Shown: one piece after another, positions 1-9,332 of the stretch | Layout: every line of letters begins with the position of its first letter | How positions within the stretch are numbered: the first letter of the stretch is position 1 | Assembly: GCA_964530085.1 (NCBI GenBank) | Contig: CAZGXX010000003.1 | Location: 210,864-274,863, forward strand | Source of the DNA: an uncultured Azospirillum sp. | GTDB lineage: Bacteria > Pseudomonadota > Alphaproteobacteria > Rickettsiales > UBA3002 | Direction of reading: 5' to 3' | Length of the DNA: 64,000 nucleotides | Notes under the pieces: model-generated | Seen by the model: the letters and a program-made list of their open reading frames with translations, nothing else | The model's database searches: none | What the model was told of the DNA's origin: nothing | Program-made: the position numbers and the translations under genes

Positions 1-2
1 CC

Positions 3-1163
3 CCGAAGGAAGCCGCGCGCCCCTTTATTTTCCGTGACGAGAATTTTTTCAGCCGCCGCCTGCTCGCCCATACGTTGCATCGCTATTGGCGCGATGTGGC
101 GCGCGATCTGCGCAATATGAAACTAGAACGCTGGTGCGAAGCGGGACTCCACCGGCCAGAACTGGGAGAGCGCATTGAGCGCGCCATCCGAAACAATACC
201 GCAGGTGCCCAGAATGAGACCCAAGCCGCTGAGATGATGATGCGCGTGCTCACCGTGCTTGATCCTGCTGCGCCGGTCCGCACGCGTTCCATCGCCACAC
301 GTCCCGATGGCATTCCATTGATGCTAGCCTCGATGATGAATGATGCCGGACAAGAGCGTAACGAGCTGCTGCTCATGATCGACAACGATGTTGTGAGCTA
401 CTGGATGGATCAACTGGAGACAAATAAAACGCCAGAACTATCGCAGCTTATATGGAAGCTGAAACGCGCCAAAGGAATGATAAAACAGAAGGAGATCGGT
501 TTCGGTTTAGAGCGCGTCATTTACGACCTGAATCCTTCACTTTGCTGTCAGTCACCCCTAGTAAAGGCATATCATATCACTACGATTCAAGACATGCTCT
601 CGACACTCGATATGCTGGCAAAAACTCTTGCGCCGAACACCTCACTTGTTGACCGCCATATTGCAGCGTTCTTGGCCTCCAAAATGGATATGAGCAAGAA
701 AATCAGGCTCGACGACCTCACCAGCATCCCCTCGCTGGAAACGAATGAGGAACTGATGATGATACGCCTTATCACAAAGGCGCAGCAGAAATATCCCAAA
801 CTAAAACTCGTCGGGCTTTGCATCTGGTCTGGCATGCGTATTGAAAAAATGTTCGATGAAATTCATAACCGCATCATCCGCAAACGCCAGAAGCTGCAGC
901 TCAAAAAGCTAGCCTCCACAGGCTTGGTGCGCGACGTGCTTAGCAGCATCGTCAACCGCGAGGTTGTTTCGCGCGATACCAGCGGTTTTGCGCATGCCAT
1001 AGCACTCTACGACATCAACACCAAGCGTATCGAGTATCTCGAAAACCCACTTATCCTGCAATACAAGGCACGTAAGATGGGCGGTAAAGCTGCGGTGATG
1101 ATTAGCTATACGGTGCTTGTTGTCATGGGCTACAACATGATGGTCAACGTGCTAGGGATATAG
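3..1163 (+). CDS. hypothetical protein, 5' end outside window, C-terminal membrane anchor
   Basis: The frame is open from nt 3 through the listed TTG at 75 to the stop at 1163. The C-terminus is hydrophobic (AAVMISYTVLVVMGYNMMVNVLGI). No family recognised. Confidence 0.5.
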   Translation, partial: PKEAARPFIFRDENFFSRRLLAHTLHRYWRDVARDLRNMKLERWCEAGLHRPELGERIERAIRNNTAGAQNETQAAEMMMRVLTVLDPAAPVRTRSIATRPDGIPLMLASMMNDAGQERNELLLMIDNDVVSYWMDQLETNKTPELSQLIWKLKRAKGMIKQKEIGFGLERVIYDLNPSLCCQSPLVKAYHITTIQDMLSTLDMLAKTLAPNTSLVDRHIAAFLASKMDMSKKIRLDDLTSIPSLETNEELMMIRLITKAQQKYPKLKLVGLCIWSGMRIEKMFDEIHNRIIRKRQKLQLKKLASTGLVRDVLSSIVNREVVSRDTSGFAHAIALYDINTKRIEYLENPLILQYKARKMGGKAAVMISYTVLVVMGYNMMVNVLGI

Positions 1164-1170
1164 AGGATTT

Positions 1171-1704
1171 ATGGCCGACACCACGATGGAAGAAGAGCGC
1201 TTGGCCGAACAACGCACACGCGAAGTTCAGGAAAAAATGGTTAAAAAGGGCGACAAGATGCGCTTCAAGCACAAGCTGATGCTCATCGTACTCAGTTTAA
1301 CGCTCATGGTACTTCTACGCACTGGGTTCATGTTTGTAATTATCGGCATTCTGCCCGCCGTCGTCGCCTATTATGTCGATGTGACTGCAGAGCGCTATGC
1401 CTTCAAAACCATCCTCGCGGCAAATCTCTGTGGCATCATGCCTTTTCTAGAAAAAATGCTGATCACAGGCCCCTCTAGCGCAGTACTGCAATCCATCATG
1501 GGTGACGCTATTAATTGGCTCATTATCTATGGCTCCGCGATGATGGGATGGCTACTGGTACAGATATGCCCCTCGCTTGCGCAGACAATGGTGATCGGTT
1601 TTCACCAATCGCAGGTTTCACGTATTACCCATCTGCAGACAAAAATTGTGGGTGAGTGGGGCAAAGAGGTTACCGAGTTTGGTAAGGAACAGGAAGAAGA
1701 CTAG
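1171..1704 (+). CDS. hypothetical multi-pass membrane protein
   Basis: 177-aa ORF starting 8 nt after the previous stop, so probably co-transcribed. Charged N-terminus followed by several hydrophobic segments ([46 protein letters not shown]). Confidence 0.55.
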   Translation: MADTTMEEERLAEQRTREVQEKMVKKGDKMRFKHKLMLIVLSLTLMVLLRTGFMFVIIGILPAVVAYYVDVTAERYAFKTILAANLCGIMPFLEKMLITGPSSAVLQSIMGDAINWLIIYGSAMMGWLLVQICPSLAQTMVIGFHQSQVSRITHLQTKIVGEWGKEVTEFGKEQEED

Positions 1705-2795
1705 GCCGTAATCCACCCACCGCCGAGCACGCGGTCACCCGCATAGACCACGCAGGCCTGCCCCGGCGCAATTCCTTCATATGCATCAGCAAGTGCAATC
1801 GTTGCGCGATTTGCATCTGCCGGGTGGAACGCCGCCGCGACCGGTGGCTGCGCGGAGCGTACCTTCACCCGCACATTCTCCCGCATGCCTGCACTATCCA
1901 GCCAGTTTAATTCCTTGATGGTAAACTCCGTGCGCCGCAGCGCCTCCCGCGGCCCCACAACCACCCTGCGGGTGGGGGCATCTAACTTTACCACATAGAG
2001 CGGCTCGCTCGAACCGCTGACGAGGCCTTTGCGCTGCCCTACCGTATAATGAATAATGCCGGTATGCGCGCCGAGCACGCGCCCATCGACATGCACAATC
2101 TCTCCCGGCTCCGCCGCACCCGGGCGCAAGCTCTCAATCACTTTCGCGTAGCCGCCCGTCGGCACGAAGCAGATATCCTGACTGTCCGGCTTCTCCGCCA
2201 CGGTGAGGCCAAACTTCTCCGCCAGCGCACGCGTTTCTTCTTTGCGCAATCCACCGAGGGGGAAGCGCAGAAACTCCAGCTGCTCCTGCGTCGTCGCGAA
2301 TAGAAAATAACTCTGGTCTTTGTCTGGGTCAGCGCCGCGATGCAGCTCCGCACGGCCATCCGCATTCACCACACGCTGCACATAATGCCCCGTGGCCATG
2401 CAATCCGCGCCGAGGTCGCGCGCGGTGGCGAGCAGGTCTTTGAACTTCACACTTTGGTTACAGCGCACGCAGGGAATCGGCGTCGAACCCGCAAGATAGG
2501 TCTCGACAAAATCATCCATCACCGATTCTTTGAATTTGCTTTCGTAGTTGAGCACATAATGCGGAATGCCGAGTGAATCGGCCACGCGCCGCGCGTCATG
2601 AATATCCTGCCCCGCGCAGCACGCGCCCTTCTTGCCCACCATCGCACCATGGTCATACAGCTGCAGCGTAATGCCGATCACCTCATAGCTTTGGGAATGC
2701 AAAAGCGCCGCGACAACAGACGAATCCACCCCACCGCTCATGGCAACCACCACGCGGGTATCTTTCTCCGGCTTATTAAATCCAAGGCTGTTCAT
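1701..2795 (-). CDS. mnmA: tRNA-specific 2-thiouridylase MnmA
   Basis: PP-loop [18 protein letters not shown], conserved Cys residues (ACCAGQD, CVRCN), and a typical length of 364 aa. Confidence 0.93.
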   Translation of the reverse strand: MNSLGFNKPEKDTRVVVAMSGGVDSSVVAALLHSQSYEVIGITLQLYDHGAMVGKKGACCAGQDIHDARRVADSLGIPHYVLNYESKFKESVMDDFVETYLAGSTPIPCVRCNQSVKFKDLLATARDLGADCMATGHYVQRVVNADGRAELHRGADPDKDQSYFLFATTQEQLEFLRFPLGGLRKEETRALAEKFGLTVAEKPDSQDICFVPTGGYAKVIESLRPGAAEPGEIVHVDGRVLGAHTGIIHYTVGQRKGLVSGSSEPLYVVKLDAPTRRVVVGPREALRRTEFTIKELNWLDSAGMRENVRVKVRSAQPPVAAAFHPADANRATIALADAYEGIAPGQACVVYAGDRVLGGGWITA

Positions 2796-2834
2796 GCGCG
2801 GGATATAGCGAATCCGCGCCGAAATAGCAATGCA

Positions 2835-3197
2835 CTAGCGATGCAAGAAGGGGCACTTCTCTTTCGGCTTAGATGGATTGGTGTGGTGCAGCGCGTTCAA
2901 GACCACTGCCATATCCGTATCTGTAAGCGCCGATCCCGTATTTAAACTATAGGCTTTTAACTTGTTAACAACATAATCACGGCCTTCGCAATTCTCTAGT
3001 TGAGTGGAAAGCTTCTTCTCAAGCGCCAGATAGTTTTCATCCTTTGCTAATGCCTGGGCAAGCATTCTAACATCAAATGGATGATCCGGGCGCAGTGTGC
3101 TATTGTCTACATACAGCGCGATCTCGCTGTTGCGATCGCTTTTGCGCAGAATGGTTTCTGCGGCGGCAGCAATCTCGTTTTTCAAATGGGCTAGCAT
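2835..3197 (-). CDS. orphan hypothetical protein (120 aa)
   Basis: AT-rich ORF with RBS AAGAGGAG 7 nt upstream of the ATG. It has its own module-A promoter (3230-3273). No family recognised. Confidence 0.65.
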   Translation of the reverse strand: MLAHLKNEIAAAAETILRKSDRNSEIALYVDNSTLRPDHPFDVRMLAQALAKDENYLALEKKLSTQLENCEGRDYVVNKLKAYSLNTGSALTDTDMAVVLNALHHTNPSKPKEKCPFLHR

Positions 3198-3229
3198 CGA
3201 AGTCTCCTCTTAAATGTGAAGTGACCTCC

Positions 3230-3273
3230 TCTATACCACCCTTTATCCGCCTTGTTTGTGACAGTTTCGTGAA
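3230..3273 (-). promoter_or_regulatory. module-A promoter: TTCACgaaacTGTCAC, 22 nt, TATAGA
   Basis: Read on the minus strand, the half-sites are at 3273-3269 and 3262-3258 (11-bp period). The -10 TATAGA is at 3235-3230. It mirrors the box at 3300-3315. Confidence 0.65.
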
Positions 3274-3299
3274 GATTTGATGTCTAAAAGCTAAAAATC

Positions 3300-3342
3300 T
3301 TCACAAAACTGTCATATTTAGAGTGGTATCCGCTGTTATAAT
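3300..3342 (+). promoter_or_regulatory. module-A promoter: TTCACaaaacTGTCAT, 21 nt, extended -10 TGTTATAAT
   Basis: Half-sites at 3300-3304 and 3311-3315. A perfect TATAAT lies at 3337-3342 with TGT just upstream. The ATG of the downstream gene is at 3371. Confidence 0.7.
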
Positions 3343-3370
3343 GCGCTGAGATGCAACCTCAGGGAAGAAC

Positions 3371-3958
3371 ATGCAGCCAGACTCCTTTAAACCCGATATC
3401 GATCAATGCCGCATTGCCATACTTTATGTTTTAGATGCGAAGGGTATTACTCAAACTGACTTAGCAAGTCTGACACAAATTTCGTCGTCTAAAATCAGCA
3501 AATTTTTGACATATGGTATCGGCTTAAAGGAAAATGAGATATTACAGATCGCCAACGCACTGGATGCGGCGAACTTTAGCGAACTCTGTCAATTAGGCGA
3601 AAAAGCCGCGCAAGAAAATTCATACGACAGGCGTCGTTTTGGCGAAGCAGTAAGAAACATAATGCATGAGAAAAATATAGGGCAAGACGCACTGGCCATC
3701 CGTGCTGATGTGAATCGTGGCAATCTGTGGTCACACATAAATAAGGTAGATGGACCATTTTTATCATCAGCTAACGCACATAAAGTATCAAAAGCTCTAG
3801 GGGCAAAAAGTCTAAGGGAGCTCTACAAAATGGGTGGAGTGCCCCCTGCTGGACCCGATAACGGCATCAACAACATTTTAGGTAGCATTCTTAACCTGCC
3901 GATTCGTAATTTAGGAACTGTGACACTCGATAACTCGGTTAATCGGGATCTTATATAA
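3371..3958 (+). CDS. orphan protein with two tandem HTH (XRE-like) repeats
   Basis: Two similar segments: KGITQTDLASLTQISSSKISKFL...ILQIANALDAANFSELCQLG and KNIGQDALAIRADVNRGNLWSHINK...AHKVSKALGAKSLRELYKMG. RBS AGGGAAG. AT-rich. Confidence 0.6.
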   Translation: MQPDSFKPDIDQCRIAILYVLDAKGITQTDLASLTQISSSKISKFLTYGIGLKENEILQIANALDAANFSELCQLGEKAAQENSYDRRRFGEAVRNIMHEKNIGQDALAIRADVNRGNLWSHINKVDGPFLSSANAHKVSKALGAKSLRELYKMGGVPPAGPDNGINNILGSILNLPIRNLGTVTLDNSVNRDLI

Positions 3959-5072
3959 TTACTTCTCTACACTCCCCTTCACCCGGGCAGCGAGGCTGGC
4001 GCTCACGAACATATCGAGGTCGCCGTCGAGCACGCCCTGCGTATCACTGGTCTCAGCGTTGGTACGCAGGTCTTTTACCATCTGATAGGGGTGTAGCACA
4101 TAGCTACGGATCTGGTTGCCCCAGCTATTGTCGCTCTTCTGCGCGTTGAGGGTATCCGCCGCTTCGCCGCGCTTGCGCAGTTCCAACTCATAGAGCCGTG
4201 CACGTAGCATGTTATACGCCTCAGCGCGGTTCTGATGCTGGCTGCGCCCGGCCTGGCATTTCACCACAATACCGCTCGGCAGGTGGGTGATGCGTACGGC
4301 GGATTCGGTCTTGTTCACATGCTGACCGCCCGCGCCGCCGGAGCGCATCGTTTCAATATTCAAATCTTTCTCGTTGATGTCGATGCTGATTGACTCGTCA
4401 ATCACCGGATAGACCCACGCGCTGGCGAAACTGGTGTGGCGGCGCGCGTTGGAGTCAAACGGCGAGATGCGCACAAGGCGATGCACGCCGGATTCGGTCT
4501 TCGCCCAGCCATAGGCATTGTGGCCAGAGAGGCGGATAGTGGCGGATTTAATCCCCGCCTCGTCACCCGCCTGTTCGTCGATGATTTCGGTTTTAAATCC
4601 GCGCCGTTCGCCCCAGCGTAGATACATACGAAACAGCATGAACGCCCAGTCCTGACTCTCCGTGCCGCCCGCGCCCGGGTGAATCTCGATGAAGCAGTCA
4701 TTGCCGTCCGCCTCGCCAGAGAGCAGCGCTTCCAGTTCCATCGTGCCGATTTCTTTGACGAGCGCCTCAAGCGTCGCCTGTGCTTCGGCCATCATAGCTG
4801 CGTCGCCCTCACCCTCGGCCAGTTCGTGCAGTTCCAACCCGTCCTTGAAGCGCGTGGTGATGCGGTCAAAACTGGTGATGAGGTTCTCTACCCGCGTGCG
4901 CTCACGCAGAATTTTCTGTGCCTCCGCCTGATTGCTCCACAGCTCCGGGTCTTCCGCCCGTGCGTTCAGTTCCACCAACTGTTTCACCAACTGGTCGTAG
5001 TCAAAGACACCTCGCAAGCAGCCGTTGGCTGCCTTCGAATTGGTCTTTGAGTGTAATAATTTCCGCGCGCAT
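3959..5072 (-). CDS. prfB: peptide chain release factor 2, with programmed +1 frameshift
   Basis: ATG at 5072 opens MRAEIITLKDQFEGSQRLLARCL, followed by an in-frame TGA (5003-5001) in the context AGGTGT CTT TGA C. The +1 frame continues DYDQLVKQ... through GGQHVNKTESAVRITH (GGQ motif). Confidence 0.93.
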
Positions 5073-5079
5073 ATAACTC

Positions 5080-5170
5080 GTGAATAGTGAATAGTGAATA
5101 GTGAGTAGTGGAGGACAAGAAAAAGTCATCTTTTTTCTTCACCACTCACCATTCACTATTCACCACGCAC
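5080..5170. repeat. inverted pair of 4-unit heptanucleotide arrays forming a long hairpin
   Basis: Left arm 5080-5111 is GTGAATA x3 + GTGAGTA + GTGG. Right arm 5140-5170 is CACCACT CACCATT CACTATT CACCACG CAC. The loop contains AGAAAAAG-tcat-CTTTTTTCT. The structure lies between the mrcA stop and the prfB ATG. Confidence 0.85.
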
Positions 5171-7800
5171 TAGTATAGCCCGCCCGTGCCGGAAACCGGG
5201 CCACTCACGGAGGGATTAAATCCCTGCGGGTCAACCGGGCGTTGGTAAGGTGCGTATTCGCCTGCTTCTGGTGGGGTGAATCCAGAATTCTCATCCGTCT
5301 GTTCATCCGCTGGCTCGGCGCGGTGCAGCACCGGCGCCGCTTCTTTATTTTTCAGCTCTTCCTGAATTTCGTTGAACGGTTTGAAGATCGGCCCGCCTGT
5401 CAGGAACGCTTCACGCAAGATCGATTTTGGCGCACCATCATCGGCTTCGCCATCGTAAATCGGTGCGCCGGTGCCGCGGTTGATCGCCACTTCGCGAATG
5501 CCCGGCGGCGCACGGAAGTCACGCGCTGGAATATCGTCCGCCGCCTGCTCCATAAACTTGATGAAGCCTTGAATCGCCACCCGTCCGCCCGTTTCTTTTT
5601 CGCCGAGCGTTTTGGGCGTATCAAAGCCCACATAGGTGCCCACCACCACATCCGGCGTGAAGCCTATGAACCACGTATCGCGCGACTCGTTGGTGGTGCC
5701 GGTTTTACCTGCCACCGAGCGGTTCAGCACTTTTGCTGCCGTGCCAGTGCCACGCTCCACCACGCCTTTGAGGATAGACGTAATCTGATACGCCACGCGC
5801 GGGTCAAGCACGCGCTCACGCTCATCCGCAATGGTCGGCGGCACATCCACAATGGATTGGGGAATATCGGCAAGGGTGCCCGACGCGCTCGGTGGCGTGG
5901 TGCATGATTCACATGCCCGTGTATCGCGACGGAAAATCGTCGCCCCGTTGCGGTCGTCGATCCGCTCGATCAGCCACGGCGCCACCCGGCGGCCTCCGTT
6001 AGCAATCATGCTATAGCCCGTCACCAACCGCATCAGCGTGGTTTCCTTCGCGCCGAGCACCATCGAATAATTCTCTGCGAGGTCGTCGTCATAAATCCCG
6101 AAACGCTTGGCCACACGCTTCACCCGTTTGATGCCGATCATCGAGGCAATACGCACAGTTACCGCGTTGCGTGATTTCTCCAGCGCGGTGCGGAAGGTGA
6201 CCGGGCCGAGGTAATCGTCTTCGTAGTTTTTCGGCGTCCACATTGGCAGCCCCGGCCCCTGCGGCAGCGAGATCGGCCCATCCGTAATCACCGAAGTCGG
6301 ACTGAACCCATTCTCAAGCGCGGTGAGATACACAAACGGCTTGAACGCCGAACCCGGTTGGCGCTTAGCCTGCGTCGCGCGGTTGAATTCCGAGCCCGTA
6401 TAGGCATAGCCGCCAGACATGGCGAGCACGCGGCCCGTGGTTGGGTCCATCACCACCAACGCCCCGTTCACCGCCGGAATTTGCAGCAGTTTATAGCTAC
6501 CTTTCTGCTCAGACATAGGCTCGGCAAGAATCACATCCCCCGCATTGAATTTCGGCTTCGCCCAGCTCATACCCTCCGGCGTGATAACGCCGCGGTCGCC
6601 GTTCATCAACCCAATTTCCACCTTCGAGGTCGCGCGCAATACCACCGCGAGCTGCTGGTTATCAAACAACGTTATTTTTTTATCCTGCGCCACACGCGCG
6701 AGGGTCGTCGGCCATTCTTCCGTCACCCCCACAGTGGCAATCGGCCCGCGATAACCATGGCGCTGGTCATATGTCATCAACGCGTGGCGCAGCGCACGAT
6801 CTGCATAGGCCTGGTATTTTGGGTTGAGCGTGGTCTTCACAAACAATCCGCCCTGATAGAGCACGTCGCTGCCATACATGCCCGCGAGTGCGCGACGCAC
6901 ATCCTCGGCAAAGAAATCGGCGCGCGCCACTTCGTCTTTGTTGCGCGTACGCATGATAATTTGCGTCGCCTTCGCTCGCGCGGATTCTTTGGCGTCGATA
7001 TAGCCGTCTTCTTCCATACGCCCGATCACATAATTGCGCCGCTCCAGCGCGCGCTGATAGTTCTTTGCCGGGTCGAAATAGGCAGGTGCTTTGGGTAACG
7101 CCGCGAGCAGCGCCGCTTCTTCGGTCGAAAGCCCATCGAGCGATTTATCGAAATAGGTGATCCCCGCCGCAGCGACGCCATAGGTTCCCTGCCCCAGATA
7201 AATCTCGTTGAGGTAGAGCTCGAGAATCTTCTCTTTGCTATAACTGTTGCTGATGCGGTAGGCGAGAATGGCTTCCTTGATTTTACGCTCGAAGGATTTC
7301 TCGTTCGTCAGCAGAAAGTTTTTCACCACTTGCTGCGTAATTGTCGATCCGCCGACCAGCGTATGCCCCTGCCCGTAATTGAGAATATTCGCGCGCATGG
7401 CCCGCGCCGTTCCCCACAAATCCACGCCCTGATGCGAGTAGAAGTTTTTATCCTCTGCCGAGATAAATGCCTGCTGCACGTTCTTCGGAATGGCTGAGAG
7501 CGGCAGGAAGAAGCGCTTCTCCTTCGCATATTCTGCCATCAGCTTTCCATCGGCGGAGTAAAGACGCGTGACCACCGCCGGGTCGTAATTCGCTAGTTGG
7601 TCGGTGCTTGGCAGCGTCGCACTATAATGCTGCACCACCAACGCCAGCGCAATCACCGCAAAAATAAACCCGAGGAAGGCGCTACCCACCACCCACTGCG
7701 TCACGCGCAGGGCGCGGCCACCACGCAGCGCCGGGCGTGTAGCCGAAGGCGGCAGCACTTGCGGAATCGGTTCCGGCGAGAGTGGAGGGATGTCGTTCAT
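5170..7800 (-). CDS. mrcA: penicillin-binding protein 1A (bifunctional transglycosylase/transpeptidase)
   Basis: GT51 motifs EDKNFYSHQG, GGSTITQQVVKN and RKIKEA. Transpeptidase motifs SAFKP (SxxK), SRN and KTGTT. N-terminal TM segment. Confidence 0.93.
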   Translation of the reverse strand: MNDIPPLSPEPIPQVLPPSATRPALRGGRALRVTQWVVGSAFLGFIFAVIALALVVQHYSATLPSTDQLANYDPAVVTRLYSADGKLMAEYAKEKRFFLPLSAIPKNVQQAFISAEDKNFYSHQGVDLWGTARAMRANILNYGQGHTLVGGSTITQQVVKNFLLTNEKSFERKIKEAILAYRISNSYSKEKILELYLNEIYLGQGTYGVAAAGITYFDKSLDGLSTEEAALLAALPKAPAYFDPAKNYQRALERRNYVIGRMEEDGYIDAKESARAKATQIIMRTRNKDEVARADFFAEDVRRALAGMYGSDVLYQGGLFVKTTLNPKYQAYADRALRHALMTYDQRHGYRGPIATVGVTEEWPTTLARVAQDKKITLFDNQQLAVVLRATSKVEIGLMNGDRGVITPEGMSWAKPKFNAGDVILAEPMSEQKGSYKLLQIPAVNGALVVMDPTTGRVLAMSGGYAYTGSEFNRATQAKRQPGSAFKPFVYLTALENGFSPTSVITDGPISLPQGPGLPMWTPKNYEDDYLGPVTFRTALEKSRNAVTVRIASMIGIKRVKRVAKRFGIYDDDLAENYSMVLGAKETTLMRLVTGYSMIANGGRRVAPWLIERIDDRNGATIFRRDTRACESCTTPPSASGTLADIPQSIVDVPPTIADERERVLDPRVAYQITSILKGVVERGTGTAAKVLNRSVAGKTGTTNESRDTWFIGFTPDVVVGTYVGFDTPKTLGEKETGGRVAIQGFIKFMEQAADDIPARDFRAPPGIREVAINRGTGAPIYDGEADDGAPKSILREAFLTGGPIFKPFNEIQEELKNKEAAPVLHRAEPADEQTDENSGFTPPEAGEYAPYQRPVDPQGFNPSVSGPVSGTGGLY

Positions 7801-7809
7801 AGGGCAGTG

Positions 7810-8943
7810 CTACTGCGCCGCGTAGTATTTATCAATCCCCTTCATCACCGAGGATACCACCACGTCGCGATATTCTGGTGACAGCAACAAGCGCTCGTCC
7901 GTCGCGTTGCTCACAAAGCCAAGCTCGATGAGTACCGAGGGCACATCCGGCGCCTTAAGCACGCGGAAGCCGGCGAAGCGGTGTGTCGATGGCAGACGGT
8001 TAATTTTGGGGTGCAGGCTGGCCACAATCATGTCCGCCAGCTTGGTTGATTTATTCATCGTCTCACGCTGGGTAAGGTCGATGAGAATATTCGCCACATC
8101 CGCATCCGTGGTGTTGAGGTTGATGCCGGTAATCACGTCCGCCTTGTTCTCGCGGTCGGCGAGTGCGGCGGCTTCTTCATCTGATGCGGTGGCCGAAAGC
8201 GTATAAATCGAGAGGCCACGGGCATCTTCACGCGGGTTCGAATCCGCATGCAGCGAGATCATGAGATCTGCCTGCGCCTTGCGGGCGATGTTCACCCGGT
8301 CATGGAGCATAATGAATTTGTCTTCGTCGCGCGTCAGCTTCACCCGATAGCGGCCCGTAGCGGTGAGCGCCTTGGCAAGCGTGCGGGCAAAATTCAGCGT
8401 TACGTCTTTCTCGTGCGTATCATGCACGCCGAGTGCGCCGGGGTCTTGCCCACCATGCCCGGCATCAATCGCGATCACGGGCTTCATATCCTCCGGCGAG
8501 GCGGCGGATTTATCCGTTGCCGCCGCGGCAGTTGCTCCGGCGGGCAATGCTTTAGTCGCCGTCAGCTTCAGCGTGAGGGGCGCGCCGGGGGTCACCTCGT
8601 CCACCGTCACCGGCGCCACCACATCCAGCACAATGCGCGAGGTGGTCGCATCAAACTGCCCGAACCGCACCGACTTCACCAGCCGACTCGTGCTTTTCGA
8701 AAGCGCCATGCCGCTGCCTTCCGAACTCGGGAGGTCGATCACCACTCGGTCGGGGTTACTCAGGGTAAAGGTTTTGCGTGGGGCGATCGGGTCGCTTACC
8801 TTAAACGAAACAATTTCCGATTGATTATCAACCGCCTCAAAGGTCGGCGCGGCGATGGATGCGCCTTCGGCATAGGCAGCAAGTGGGAATGCCCCCTGTA
8901 TCAACAGGGTTAATGCCAGAAAAATACGGGGGATCTGTTTCAT
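7810..8943 (-). CDS. amiC: N-acetylmuramoyl-L-alanine amidase (AMIN + Amidase_3)
   Basis: AIDAGHGGQDPGA...HADS...ELGFVSN. The start is placed at MKQIPRIFLALTLLIQGAFPLAAYA (signal peptide, ATG at 8943) rather than the listed 9054. Confidence 0.85.
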   Translation of the reverse strand: MKQIPRIFLALTLLIQGAFPLAAYAEGASIAAPTFEAVDNQSEIVSFKVSDPIAPRKTFTLSNPDRVVIDLPSSEGSGMALSKSTSRLVKSVRFGQFDATTSRIVLDVVAPVTVDEVTPGAPLTLKLTATKALPAGATAAAATDKSAASPEDMKPVIAIDAGHGGQDPGALGVHDTHEKDVTLNFARTLAKALTATGRYRVKLTRDEDKFIMLHDRVNIARKAQADLMISLHADSNPREDARGLSIYTLSATASDEEAAALADRENKADVITGINLNTTDADVANILIDLTQRETMNKSTKLADMIVASLHPKINRLPSTHRFAGFRVLKAPDVPSVLIELGFVSNATDERLLLSPEYRDVVVSSVMKGIDKYYAAQ

Positions 8944-9332
8944 GCGGCGCACCTTAGTCGCCGATTTATATTTTTCAACTTGATATCGCCCCCTCATCCA
9001 CATATAGTGAAGCCACGAAACGAAATTCGGTTGCGGCCTGGCCATGTGGGACATGATGCCGGGGAGCGCAGCAGGGTAAAATTAACACCTCATTCACAAG
9101 GCGCCGACGCGCAGGTTCATGAATTTACACAAAAACATCACAGCAAATCTCCTCCTCTGCGCGGCTTCGCGCCCGCTGGGTCGTTTGCTGGACACCAACT
9201 CTCCAACATGTGCGGCGTCTGGTGCCCCGCGCCTATCCCAGAGAGTTAACGCGGGCTAATCCAGCCCGCTTGCCGCCTCGCGGCATGTTTTTGCGCCTGT
9301 CATGACCCAGTGCTCTCGTCGCCGCACAGGAG

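Noticed and set aside
9078-9100. A hybrid TTAACacctcaTTCAC direct repeat in the rne leader and amiC upstream region.
   Set aside because: The 11-bp period is right, but no -10-like hexamer lies at either 9-10 or 21-22 nt. It may be chance in a long leader.
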